A stretch of 64,000 nucleotides of DNA from an uncultured Clostridia bacterium (GTDB lineage: Bacteria > Bacillota > Clostridia > TANB77 > SIG350). The stretch is from NCBI GenBank assembly GCA_944393615.1, contig CALYAQ010000011.1:16661-80660 (forward strand), read 5' to 3'. A program made the translations under genes and the position numbers. The notes beneath the pieces were generated by a model that worked only from the letters and a program-made list of their open reading frames with translations, made no database searches and was not told where the DNA came from. This document shows positions 40,647 to 52,752 of this stretch, piece after piece; within the stretch, counting starts at the first letter, position 1; the number at the start of each line of letters is the position of its first letter.

Positions 40647-41342
40647 TTATTTTAATTTTACTACAACTTTTCTATATGGTTCTTCACCAACACTCAATGT
40701 TTCGATTTTATCATTTTCCTGAAGTGTTAAATGTATAATTTTTCTTTCATAAGCAACCATAGGTTCTAAAGTTATACTTTTTCCTGTTCTTATTACGCTT
40801 TGTGCCACTTTGTTAGCTAAATCAACTAGTATTTTCTTTCTTTTTTCTCTATAATTTTCAATATCCAATTGTATTTTTATATTACTATTCATTTTATTAT
40901 TTATAACTAATGTAAGTATTGATTGTAGAGCGTCCAACACTTCACCTCTATACCCTATTAAAATTTTAGCATCTTTGCTTTTTATCTCAATCTTTAACAT
41001 ATTTTCATTAAAATCAATTGTATAATTATATTCAATTTTTAATGAAGAAAAAAGGCTATTTAAAAAATCTATTGATATTTTCTTTATCTCTTCTTTTTCT
41101 AAATCATTAAATTCTACTTTTCTATTAATTTTTAAATCATTGTTTTGTTTTTCTATTTTTGAATTATCTATAGCTTTTGCTTTTATAATTACATATTTAG
41201 GTGCTAAAATACTAAATAATGTTTTATTTGTTTCTTCTATAATTTCATAAGAAATATTTTCTTTAGTTGTTTTTAATTCTTTTTGAGCTATTGTTAATGC
41301 TTCTTCTAAATTTTTTCCTTTAATTTCTACTTCATTTATCAT
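40647..41342 (-). CDS. jag: Jag/KhpB RNA-binding protein (KH + R3H domains)
   Basis: 231 aa with a C-terminal R3H-like 'LEPMVAYERKIIHLTLQ'. Confidence 0.85.
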   Translation of the reverse strand: MINEVEIKGKNLEEALTIAQKELKTTKENISYEIIEETNKTLFSILAPKYVIIKAKAIDNSKIEKQNNDLKINRKVEFNDLEKEEIKKISIDFLNSLFSSLKIEYNYTIDFNENMLKIEIKSKDAKILIGYRGEVLDALQSILTLVINNKMNSNIKIQLDIENYREKRKKILVDLANKVAQSVIRTGKSITLEPMVAYERKIIHLTLQENDKIETLSVGEEPYRKVVVKLK

Positions 41343-42159
41343 TTACAACCACCCCATTTTCAATCGTTTCTTGCTTTTTGAAATATATCATCATACCAAT
41401 AGAAATTATAGTTTGTATTAAATTACTAAACAACCAATATAACCCTAATCCTAGTGGCACTTGATATGCTATATAACCAGACATAATCGGTAAAATATAA
41501 TTTAACATATTCATCGATTTTTGTGTTTCTTGATATTGAGGATTATCTTTATTAAAACTGTCATTCATTCTTTTAGTTATTACAACTGATAACATTGTAA
41601 TTATAACTGATAACACCGGTATTATTAATAATGCATAATTTGATGGATTTTTTGCAGGTATATCACCTAAATTAATTCCTAAAAAGTTTAAGTTTATTCC
41701 TAATTCATCAGATTTTTTGATTATTTCTATTTCATCATAACTATACATACCATTAGTATTTTCTATTTGTAATTCTTGTTTTATAGTTTGTATTTGCTCT
41801 TGATCCATTTTAACCATGTGGGTTAATGGTTTTGAAACTATAAAAAACATTCCTAATATTATAGGTATTTGTATTAGTGCTATTAAACAACCTGTAAAAG
41901 GATTAAAACCTTCTTCCTTTTGAAATTTAGCTATTTCTTGAGCATACAACTCTTTATTATCTTTGTATTTCTCTTGTAGTTCTAATAATTTAGGTTGTAC
42001 TTTAGCCATATTTTTAATTGATTTTTGCTGTTTTATATTTAATGGTAATAAACAAAGTTTTATTATTATAGTAAATAATATAATTGCTATACCAAAATTA
42101 CCACATAATTCATATAAAAAATTCAAAACATAACCTAACAAATTTGCTATAGTATCCAT
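41332..42159 (-). CDS. yidC: Membrane protein insertase YidC/OxaA (SpoIIIJ-like)
   Basis: 275 aa with five TM helices and 'KQQKSIKNMAKVQPKLLELQEKYKD'. Confidence 0.9.
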   Translation of the reverse strand: MDTIANLLGYVLNFLYELCGNFGIAIILFTIIIKLCLLPLNIKQQKSIKNMAKVQPKLLELQEKYKDNKELYAQEIAKFQKEEGFNPFTGCLIALIQIPIILGMFFIVSKPLTHMVKMDQEQIQTIKQELQIENTNGMYSYDEIEIIKKSDELGINLNFLGINLGDIPAKNPSNYALLIIPVLSVIITMLSVVITKRMNDSFNKDNPQYQETQKSMNMLNYILPIMSGYIAYQVPLGLGLYWLFSNLIQTIISIGMMIYFKKQETIENGVVVNDK

Positions 42160-42173
42160 TCTATTCTCCTTTA

Positions 42174-42386
42174 TTATACTAGTGGGTCATATCCACCTTT
42201 ACAAAATGGATTACACCTTATTATTCTTTTTAAACCTTTTATACACCCTTTAAATGCTCCATATTTTTCAATTGCTTGTTTTGTATATTCAGAACAAGTT
42301 GGATAAAATCTACATTGATTTCCTAAAAAAGGTGAAAAAATTCCTTTATATAAATAAATTAAAAAAATGCAAATTCTTTTCATCAT
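42174..42386 (-). CDS. yidD: Membrane protein insertion efficiency factor YidD
   Basis: 70 aa. 'YKGIFSPFLGNQCRFYPTCSEY' is the canonical YidD motif. Confidence 0.85.
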   Translation of the reverse strand: MMKRICIFLIYLYKGIFSPFLGNQCRFYPTCSEYTKQAIEKYGAFKGCIKGLKRIIRCNPFCKGGYDPLV

Positions 42387-42730
42387 AATAACATTTCTCT
42401 TTCTTTAAATATTTTTTGCATATCATCATATACCACATCACATTTAATATTTTTGGTGGTTTCTTTTGACTTCCACATAATTAAAATGTTATATCCTTTT
42501 TTTATTTTACTTTCTAAATCAGAATATGCTTGTCTTAACAATCTTCTTATTCTATTACGAAAAACACTATTTCCAGCTTTTTTACTAACAATAAAACAAA
42601 TTCTATTTATTCCTTGTAGTTTTTCAGATTTTTTTAAATATATAGTTAAATATTTTCCCCTTGTCCATTTTCCTTTTGCAAGTAAATATTTTACTTCAAA
42701 ATTCTTTTTTATAGTTATTGTATTTTTCAT
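42383..42730 (-). CDS. rnpA: Ribonuclease P protein component
   Basis: 115 aa, basic, with 'RNRIRRLLRQAY' (RNR motif). Confidence 0.85.
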   Translation of the reverse strand: MKNTITIKKNFEVKYLLAKGKWTRGKYLTIYLKKSEKLQGINRICFIVSKKAGNSVFRNRIRRLLRQAYSDLESKIKKGYNILIMWKSKETTKNIKCDVVYDDMQKIFKEREMLL

Positions 42731-42778
42731 AAAATCCTCTCATTGCAATTAAAGACTACATTATATTGCAGTCTTTAA

Positions 42779-42913
42779 TTATGCGCAAATTTCTTTTCTT
42801 CCTTTTGCTTTCCTTCTTTTTAAAACATTTCTTCCTGATGCTGTTTTCATTCTTTTTCTAAAACCATGTTCTTTTGCTCTTTGGATTTTCTTTGGTTGAT
42901 ATGTTCTTTTCAT
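42779..42913 (-). CDS. rpmH: 50S ribosomal protein L34
   Basis: Minus-strand translation [44 protein letters not shown], with a GGAGG RBS. Not in the ORF track because it is under the cutoff. A hairpin lies between rpmH and rnpA. Confidence 0.85.
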   Translation of the reverse strand: MKRTYQPKKIQRAKEHGFRKRMKTASGRNVLKRRKAKGRKEICA

Positions 42914-42954
42914 TTTGCACCTCCTAATTTTTTATTATATATATTGATGCTTAC

Positions 42955-43446
42955 TTAAATATTGTTACTAATTTTTATAACGTATATTCTTTCAACAACT
43001 TTATCATTATTTTTTTCAATAATAATTTTATAATCATTATCGTCTATAATTTTAGTATATTCTGTACTATTAGTTATTCTAGCATTAGTCATCATTATAA
43101 TACTTGCATTTTCTTTAGTTGCATTTGTTTCTTCAATAGCATTCTCACTTATATATACTATAATATTAGTTAAATTTTGTGTACTAATATCTAATAACAT
43201 TTGTTTAAAAATAGAACCTTTTATTATACCTTCGTACTTATCTAAAATATTTTTTTCTATTTTTTCATCTGTATTATTATTTTCAACATTATCACTAGTA
43301 CCTGTTCCACTTATATATTGTGGATTTAAGTATATTATTTCGTTTTTTAATAAAATTATTAAACTTGCACTTATCAATGCTATCATAATAAATATCGTAA
43401 CAACAACAGATAGTACATTTCCTCTTTTTAAATTAATATACTCCAT
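42955..43446 (-). CDS. Hypothetical membrane-anchored protein (163 aa) between rpmH and oriC
   Basis: N-terminal TM helix. N/I/K-rich. No family recognised. Confidence 0.4.
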   Translation of the reverse strand: MEYINLKRGNVLSVVVTIFIMIALISASLIILLKNEIIYLNPQYISGTGTSDNVENNNTDEKIEKNILDKYEGIIKGSIFKQMLLDISTQNLTNIIVYISENAIEETNATKENASIIMMTNARITNSTEYTKIIDDNDYKIIIEKNNDKVVERIYVIKISNNI

Positions 43447-43571
43447 TTAATCACTTTCCAATCTATTTTTTATATAAATGCTTATAAATTATATCTTAAA
43501 AGTGTTTAATTGTCAATCAAATTACATAATTTTTTTATGTTTTTTCAATATTTTTTAAACAAAATTAAGAC

Positions 43572-43769
43572 TTATCCACAGGTTTTTCAAAATTATGCAC
43601 ATAGTTTTCCACAGTTTTTTTTGTTTTTTTTAAAAAAGTCTTGATTATTTGATAGTATTTTGATATATTGTGTAATAGCTTATTTAGGGAAATAGGCTTT
43701 ACATAATAATAAGATAAAAAAATCACTCTAAATTTTATGGTGATTATAAAAATAAAAACATGTGGATAA
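43572..43769. promoter_or_regulatory. oriC upstream DnaA-box cluster: TTATCCACA (43572), TTATGCACA (43593), TTTTCCACA (43606) and TGTGGATAA (43761, immediately upstream of the dnaA RBS)
   Basis: Perfect and 1-mismatch matches to the DnaA box consensus TTATCCACA. Confidence 0.8.
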
Positions 43770-43779
43770 GGTGAATTTT

Positions 43780-45099
43780 ATGAAACAATTTGATGAAACT
43801 TGGGATAAAGTAATTGATATGATAAAAGAAGAAATACCTGTTATTAGTCTTGAAACATGGATTAAACCTTTAGTTTTGTTAGAAGTTACAGATACAAAAT
43901 TAATTTTTAAAGCTAGCACAGATTATCATAAAACATTAGTTGAAACTAGATATATTGACTTGATTAGAACAGCTTTAAAATATGTTACTTCTAAAGATTA
44001 CGATGTATCAATTATTTTAGACGACGAAACAAAAGAAGAAAATAATAAGATAATTGCAAATATGTATGGTTATTCAAGCACATTTTTAAATCCTAAATAC
44101 ACATTTGAAAATTTTGTTATAGGTAATAATTCTAGATTTGCTCATGCTGCTTGTATAGCTTCAGCAGAAGCACCTACAGCCGCATATAACCCATTATTCA
44201 TATATGGGGGAGTTGGTTTAGGAAAGACACATTTAATGCATGCTATTGGTAATTTCAGATTGAAAAATAACCCTAATACAAAAGTTCTATATGTTACATC
44301 CGAAAGATTTCTTAATGATTTAATTAACGCTATAAGCGAAAACAAAAACGAGGAATTTAGGTTAAAATATCGTAATATAGACCTTTTACTAATTGATGAT
44401 ATTCAATTTATTGCTAAAAAAGAAAGATTTCAAGAAGAATTTTTTAATACTTTTAACGCCCTATATGAACAAGGTAAACAAATAGTATTAACTAGTGATA
44501 GACCACCAAAAGATATTAATCCTTTGGAAGAAAGATTAAAATCAAGATTTGAATGGGGACTTATTGCGGATATTGGTATGCCAGATTACGAAACGCGTTT
44601 AGCAATTTTGAAAAAAAAGGTTCAAAATGATAAACTTGTAGTTGATGATAATATATTAGAACATATAGCATCTAAAATAGACACTAATATTAGGGAATTA
44701 GAGGGTACATTAAACAAAATTGTTGCTGAAGCATCCTTAACTAATAAACCAATTACTTTAGAAAGTGCATTAAGAGCAATTAGTCACATGTCATCTTCAA
44801 ACAATAAAACAATAACAGCCTCAACAATAAAAGAATGTGTTTCTAGCTATTTTGATATATCAGTTACAGATTTAACAAATCAAAGTAGAGTAGCTGCAAA
44901 CACTTTACCAAGGCAAATCGCAATGTACTTATGTAGAGATGTTATCCAAATGTCTTTTCCCAAAATTAGTGCTGAATTTGGCAGAAAAGATCACACCACA
45001 GCAATGCATGCTTACGAAAAAATTTCAGAAGCAATAAAAGGAAATGGTTCTTTAAAAGAAACTGTGGATAACATCAAAGAATTGTGGATAACTAAATAA
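43780..45099 (+). CDS. dnaA: Chromosomal replication initiator DnaA. Start at ATG 43780 ('MKQFDETW') with an AAGGTG RBS.
   Basis: AAA+ 'GGVGLGKTHLMHAIG', and a C-terminal DNA-binding 'TLPRQIAMYLCRDV..SFPKISAEFGRKDHTTAMHA'. Confidence 0.95.
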   Translation: MKQFDETWDKVIDMIKEEIPVISLETWIKPLVLLEVTDTKLIFKASTDYHKTLVETRYIDLIRTALKYVTSKDYDVSIILDDETKEENNKIIANMYGYSSTFLNPKYTFENFVIGNNSRFAHAACIASAEAPTAAYNPLFIYGGVGLGKTHLMHAIGNFRLKNNPNTKVLYVTSERFLNDLINAISENKNEEFRLKYRNIDLLLIDDIQFIAKKERFQEEFFNTFNALYEQGKQIVLTSDRPPKDINPLEERLKSRFEWGLIADIGMPDYETRLAILKKKVQNDKLVVDDNILEHIASKIDTNIRELEGTLNKIVAEASLTNKPITLESALRAISHMSSSNNKTITASTIKECVSSYFDISVTDLTNQSRVAANTLPRQIAMYLCRDVIQMSFPKISAEFGRKDHTTAMHAYEKISEAIKGNGSLKETVDNIKELWITK

Positions 45100-45200
45100 G
45101 TCTTGATTTCCGTAGTTTGAAGTGCATATTTTACATAAAAAAAAGTTATGGACAAAGTGTATTAAATATTCTAACCTTACTTACGGAATACTTTGATATA

Positions 45201-45357
45201 GTTATCAACAGGTTGTTGCGAGTTTACTGTGGATAACTTGTGGATAACTTTAAAAAATTTTCAAAAAAAAATTATACACATTTTATACACAGACTTATAC
45301 ACAGATTTATACACAAGATAAAGTTTAGTATTTACTAGGGAAAATAGGGTTTTCCAC
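45201..45357. promoter_or_regulatory. oriC downstream DnaA-box cluster: TTATCAACA; 2x TGTGGATAA (45227, 45238); 4x TTATACACA phased ~11-12 bp apart (45271, 45282, 45294, 45306); TTTTCCACA (45349). An A-rich candidate unwinding element lies at ~45247-45273.
   Basis: Read directly from the sequence. This is the bipartite arrangement flanking dnaA that is typical of Firmicutes oriC. Confidence 0.8.
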
Positions 45358-45416
45358 AGAATCCACAACACTTACTATTATTATTACTAAATAAATATAA
45401 ATATTTAAAAGGAGTT

Positions 45417-46532
45417 TTGGAAATGAAAATTATATGTGAAAAAGAAAATTTAATAAAAGGATTAAACAATGTATTAAAAGTAAGTAGTTCAAAAACAACA
45501 ATGCCTATATTACAAGGAATATTATTGCAAACTAACAATAATGAATTAAAGTTAACCACTTATGATTTAGAAATAGGTATAGAAACTATTATACAATGCG
45601 AAATTTCAGAACAAGGAGCAATTGTTGTAGATAGTAGAATGTTTTCGGAAATAATAAAAAAATTACCTGATAGTCAAATCAGAATAGAATTATTAGAAAA
45701 TAATTTATTAGAAATAGAATGCTTAGATAGCTTATATAAATTATCAACAATGAATCCTGAAGAATTTCCAGAGTTACCAAAAATAGATATTGAAAAATCT
45801 ATATCTATTAGTGATTTTAAATTAAAAAATATGATTAAAAAAACTATTTTTGCTATTAGTTTAGATGAAACTAAACCTATATTTACAGGTTGTTTGTTAG
45901 AAGTATTAAAAGAAAAAGTTAATTTAGTAGCTATTGATGGTTTTAGAATGGCATTTACATCTGATATGATAGTAAATAACTGTGAACCATTTAAAGCTGT
46001 TATACCAGGAAAAACATTAGGAGAAATAAATAAAATTCTTGCTGAAGAAGGAATAGAAGTAAAAATAGGCGTTGCTAAAAATCAAATATTATTTGAAATG
46101 GATAACTGCAAGGTTATTTCTAGATTACTAGAAGGAGAATTTATAAATTATGAAAATGTTATACCAAAAACAAGAGAAACAAGAATAAAAGTAAAAACTC
46201 AAGAAATAATAACTGTTTTAGAAAGGGCATCTTTAGTTAGCTTTTCAATGGAAGAAAAAAGCAAAAAATTTCCTACTAAATTTCATATAGAGGTGGGAAA
46301 ATTAACTTTAACATGTAGTGGTAGTTTAGGAAACTCGAAAGAAGAAATGTATCTAGAAACAGAAGGTAAAGAGTTGGAAATAGGATTTAATCATAAATAC
46401 TTACTTGATGCTCTAAAGGCTTGTGAGGATGAAGAAGTATATATTGATTTTGCAACTAATATAGCACCTTGCTTAATAAAGCCTATTGAAAACGAAACAT
46501 ATTTATTTATGGTTTTACCTGTTAGATTATGA
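45417..46532 (+). CDS. dnaN: DNA polymerase III beta subunit (sliding clamp)
   Basis: 371 aa. Three-domain beta-clamp with 'LTTYDLEIGIE'. Confidence 0.95.
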   Translation: MEMKIICEKENLIKGLNNVLKVSSSKTTMPILQGILLQTNNNELKLTTYDLEIGIETIIQCEISEQGAIVVDSRMFSEIIKKLPDSQIRIELLENNLLEIECLDSLYKLSTMNPEEFPELPKIDIEKSISISDFKLKNMIKKTIFAISLDETKPIFTGCLLEVLKEKVNLVAIDGFRMAFTSDMIVNNCEPFKAVIPGKTLGEINKILAEEGIEVKIGVAKNQILFEMDNCKVISRLLEGEFINYENVIPKTRETRIKVKTQEIITVLERASLVSFSMEEKSKKFPTKFHIEVGKLTLTCSGSLGNSKEEMYLETEGKELEIGFNHKYLLDALKACEDEEVYIDFATNIAPCLIKPIENETYLFMVLPVRL

Positions 46533-46540
46533 TAAAATAA

Positions 46541-48472
<1,932 letters not shown>

Positions 48473-48475
48473 AAT

Positions 48476-48506
48476 AAAAAGGCTTCAAATGAAGTCTTTT
48501 TATTTT
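48476..48506. terminator. Bidirectional terminator between gyrB and the convergent SLH gene
   Basis: AAAAAGGCTTCAAATGAAGTCTTTTTATTTT. Confidence 0.55.
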
Positions 48507-49066
48507 ACAATATTTAAGCAGTTATAGATAATTATAAAAGAATTTCCCCTATTTATAATATCTCCAGAATTATAATTTGTATTTTTGGTTATATTAATAG
48601 AATCAGCTTTATCAATATAATCATCAGGCCAATTAACTAAATCTTGGTCTTTATTTAAAATTCTAACCATTATAGTTAAAACTTCTTCATATTTTATAGG
48701 ATCATTTGGTCTAAATTTACCATCGCCATCACCGATTAAATAACCATTATTTACACATTTGTATATTGAAGAATATCCCCAAAATTCTTTAGTTACATCT
48801 GAAAATTTTAACACTGTATCAGGAATAGGTGTATTTTCTAATACAAGAAGCCTAGCTATTATTGTTGCAAATTCAGCTCTTGTTAAATTGTTTTCGAGCA
48901 TTAAATCCCCATTTTCATTTCCTATTATTATTTTCATTTTTTTTAATACTGTTGATGCTTGTTCTATATATTGAGTGTTTGCAAAGCAAACTGTACTGCA
49001 AAAAATTAATACTATTAATGATATTATAAATGTTTTTTTCATATTGAGCTCCTTTTCTATATTCAT
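48500..49066 (-). CDS. Secreted protein with S-layer homology (SLH) domains
   Basis: A signal peptide, then SLH-like 'LTRAEFATIIARLL' and 'GDGDGKFRPNDPIKYEEVLTIMVRIL'. Confidence 0.65.
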   Translation of the reverse strand: MNIEKELNMKKTFIISLIVLIFCSTVCFANTQYIEQASTVLKKMKIIIGNENGDLMLENNLTRAEFATIIARLLVLENTPIPDTVLKFSDVTKEFWGYSSIYKCVNNGYLIGDGDGKFRPNDPIKYEEVLTIMVRILNKDQDLVNWPDDYIDKADSINITKNTNYNSGDIINRGNSFIIIYNCLNIVK

Positions 49067-49120
49067 ATAATATTATATATTTAGAAAAAAATCAATGGAA
49101 AATAACAGTAAAAATAAATA

Positions 49121-49646
49121 TTAAAAAATTTTAAAAATATATACACTACACAATATTACAGCCAAATCAGCTGATAGGGCAGCTATAACTAATTGCTTTG
49201 TGATTTTCGTTTTTAATACAGATGAATATATTGCTATTGTAAAAAATGTTGTTTCTGCAGCTCCCATAATTGTAGATGATACTTTACCTAAATAAGAATC
49301 AACACCAAAAACTTGTAAGTTTTGTTGTAATAGTGCCATTGAACCACTTCCTGATATAGGGCGTAATAATGCTAAAGGTAAGATTTCTTGAGGAATGTTT
49401 AATAAATTAGTAAATGGTGCTATTATGCCTGTAATTAGTCCTAATAATCCGAGATGTTTGTATAATATTAATTGCTAAAAATAAAGCGATTAAATTTGGA
49501 AAAATATTAAAAACTACTTTTACACCATCTTTACACCCTGTAATAAAAGTATCGAAAATAGGTACTTTTTCTTTTAGACCTACAACAATAACGCAAAGTA
49601 TAAAAAAAGGTACGATTAATGAGGTTAAATAGTTGATTATATTCAT
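49121..49646 (-). pseudogene. spmB: Spore maturation protein B (spmB), interrupted by a frameshift near 49455-49475
   Basis: The N-terminal half is in one frame (…FNIFPNLIALFLAINIIQ). The continuation is in the -1 frame (…LGLLGLITGIIAPFTNLLNIPQEILPLALLRPISGSGSMALLQQNLQVFGVDSYLGKV…TTFFTIAIY). Both halves are recognisably SpmB. Confidence 0.65.
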
Positions 49647-49647
49647 A

Positions 49648-50214
49648 TCAAGACACCTTTCTTGTTAAAAAATAATATACTGCTAAAGCTGTACAAATGG
49701 AAATTATAGAACAAAGCCATATATGAAATATTATTCCATTAGGATTTGTACTTCCTAAACTAGATCTTAAGCCTATAATTGTTGAGGGTATTAATTGTAA
49801 TGCAGCAGTATTTATAAGGATTAATTTTAAAGCACTATTACTTTGTTTCTCTGTTTTTTCTAATTCTGTTACAGCTGTTAAGCCTAGAGGTGTTGCTGCA
49901 TTACCAAGTCCTAATAAATTTGCAGTAAAGTTTAAACAAATATATTTATATGCTTTTGAGGCCTTATCAACGCCTTTAAAAATTATTGATAGAAAAGGCG
50001 ATATAATTTTTGTTAAAAAACCCATAATACTTGTTTTTTCTAATATTGCCATAATTCCGTTCCACAAACTTATTATTCCCAACATTAGTATTGTTAGCTC
50101 TATTGCTTGTTTGGTTGAATCAAACATAGAATTTGTTACTAGGTCTAATTTGTTTGTAAGTATTGCAAATGCTAATGAACCGATTATCATAAATCCCCAA
50201 ATATAATTCATCAT
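49648..50214 (-). CDS. spmA: Spore maturation protein A (nucleoside-recognition/Gate domain)
   Basis: 'NFTANLLGLGNAATPLGLTAVTEL'. 188 aa. Directly upstream of spmB. Confidence 0.8.
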   Translation of the reverse strand: MMNYIWGFMIIGSLAFAILTNKLDLVTNSMFDSTKQAIELTILMLGIISLWNGIMAILEKTSIMGFLTKIISPFLSIIFKGVDKASKAYKYICLNFTANLLGLGNAATPLGLTAVTELEKTEKQSNSALKLILINTAALQLIPSTIIGLRSSLGSTNPNGIIFHIWLCSIISICTALAVYYFLTRKVS

Positions 50215-50296
50215 AAATTATCACCAATATAATTTTATAAAAAAAATTAAAAAATATGACAAGATAAAACAAGCGTAAATACAGTGTTTTCAACGG

Positions 50297-50354
50297 TTTT
50301 GTCGAATTTTGTCGAACGATTTTTCTTGACATTTATTATTTTTTGTTATATTAT
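50297..50354 (+). promoter_or_regulatory. Consensus sigma-A promoter (TTGACA-17-TATTAT) preceded by the tandem 10-bp direct repeat TTTTGTCGAA x2; a candidate operator
   Basis: TTGACA at 50326-50331 and TATTAT at 50349-50354. Repeats at 50297-50306 and 50307-50316. Confidence 0.45.
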
Positions 50355-50362
50355 ATTAGCAG

Positions 50363-52752
50363 GTGGTGAAACAAATAAAAAATACACAAATTTTGTTTGA
50401 CATATTAGATATACAAAAAGGCATATTAATTTTAAAGAATAACTGTTTTGCAAGAATAATAAAAATACAACCTATTAATTTTAATTTAAAATCTGAACAT
50501 GAAAAAGACCTTGTAATAGACAGTTATAGGCAATTTTTAAAAGTTTGCAATTTTGATTTTCAAATTATTGTAAAAACAAGAAAAGAAAATACAAAATCAC
50601 ATGTAGATTATATTTGTAATAATAAAAATGCTCCTAAACACATTCAAAAACAATATTGTAATTATATTAATGAATTAAAAAACTCAAATTATATATTTCT
50701 TAAAAGTTTCTATTTGATTTATTCAATAAAACAAGATTATCTCAAAAATTTAATTAAAGTTGAGAAGGAGTTAAATTCAAAATATAGTTTAATAAAAGAG
50801 TGTTTAGAAAAATGCGGAAACGATGTTTATGATTTATCAGAATATAATGATGATAAACTGTGTGAACTTATATCAAATTTTATAAATGAAGGGGAAAGTT
50901 TGTATGAATTTTATTAAAAATTTATTAAAAAAGATTACAAGCAAAAAGCCATTGAATAACAATGATTATTGTTTTCAAAATAATATTATAGATAAATTAT
51001 CAAGTGATTCTATTATATATAGAACACATCGGTTACCTAGAAATTAATAATAAGTTCTTTTCTGGAGTAATTATTGTTGATTATCCAAGAATAATTGATA
51101 ATAAATTTATGGAAAATATAATTTATTTGGATATACCTTTTAATATATCAATGTTTTACGAACCTATAAATAAATACGAAGTAATAAAAAAATTAACATA
51201 TCACTTGGGTAATGTAAAAAGTGAAATTAAGACTAGTTCAAAAAATAAAGAAGATTATGAATATTTAAATATTACATATAATGATGCAATTGATATAAGA
51301 AAAGAATTGCAAATTAATAACGAAAATATATATAATTTTTACTTATACATTACAATATATGATAATGATTTACAAAGATTAAATCAAAATATTAACACTA
51401 TAAAATCATTACTTTATAGTTATGGAGTAATATCTAAAGTGCCTTATTTTAGACATATTAGCTTATATAAAGCGACAAATCCTTTTAATATAAATCCAGA
51501 AGAAATAAAGTTTGATACTAAAAGAAATATGATATCTAAAACATTAAGCTCATTCTATCCGTTTATATCGACTAATATTTATGATATAAAAGGTGTATTA
51601 TATGGGATTAACAACCAAAACAAATCACTAATCATAATTGATAGATTTGATAAGAAAAAATATATAAATTCAAATATGAGTATATTTGGAACAAGTGGTG
51701 CAGGAAAATCTTATTTTATAAAATTACAAATAATTAGAAATAGCCTTTTAGATATAAAACAACTTGTAATAGATCCAGAAGGTGAGTATATGAAAGTTTG
51801 TAATGAGGTAGGTGGAACGTATATTTCTTTAGGAGGAAAAAATAATTATCATATAAATATTTTTGATATATATAATGAATGTGATATTGAGTCTAATAAT
51901 AGTATTTTGGAAAACAAAATACAAAATTTAATGATATTTTTTTCAATGGTTTTACCTGAAATTAATAATATTGAAAAAGCATATTTGGAAGAAAAAATAA
52001 TAGAAATATATAAAGAAAAAGGCATAACATTTGACAATAAAACATTGTACAATTATTATGAAAATAATAAAATTTTATTAAGGCCTAATATAAAAAATAA
52101 TAAGCAATTTCCAATAATTCAAGATTTATACGATATAATTCTTAAAGATAATAAATATCCGGAAATGTTATACTTATTAAAACCTTTTATTAGTGGAAGA
52201 TTAAAGTATCTAAATAATCATACTAATTTTGATAGTAGCAATAAAATTTTAATAATAGATATATCTAATATTAAAGAAGAATTTATGGATATACATTTAT
52301 TTATCATAATAGAATTATTTTGGAATATTATAAAACAAGATACTAATTTAAAAAAGATTATTTATATAGATGAAATTTGGAGATTAATAGGTCAAAAAAG
52401 TAACTCTTTGAGTGCTAATTTTGTAGTGCAAATTTTTAAAACAATTAGGAAATATAATGGTGCAGCTACAGCAATAACACAAGATATATCAGATTTGATT
52501 ATTAATAAAAATATATATGGAAAAGCAATAATTAACAACTCTTATTTTAAATGTATTTTTAAAATGGATGAAGAAAATGTTAAAAATTTAAGTGAGTTAG
52601 TATTGTTATCAGAGAGTGAAAAAATAAAAATAAATAAAATAAAAAGAGGAGAATGTTTGCTAATGTTAAATAATAATAATTCTATATTAAATATATGCAG
52701 TTCCGAATATGAAAAGTCAATAATAGAACAAGGGGAGGGATGTGATGTATAA
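50363..52752 (+). pseudogene. VirB4/TrsE/TcpF-like type IV secretion ATPase broken by two frameshifts. Three frame segments: 50363-50917, 50903-51050 and 51004-52752.
   Basis: N-terminal 'IIKIQPINFNLKSEHEKDLV', then 'GVIIVDYPRII' (Gram-positive VirB4 signature), Walker A 'GTSGAGKS', 'VIDPEGEY' (CagE/TrbE/VirB motif) and Walker B 'IIYIDEIW'. The combined length is ~795 aa, typical for VirB4. Confidence 0.6.

Noticed and set aside
43762-43779. GTG start of dnaA at 43762 (VMDKVNF).
   Set aside because: This region is itself a DnaA box (TGTGGATAA) and contains the AAGGTG RBS for the ATG at 43780. The N-terminus 'MKQFDETW' aligns with other DnaA proteins.
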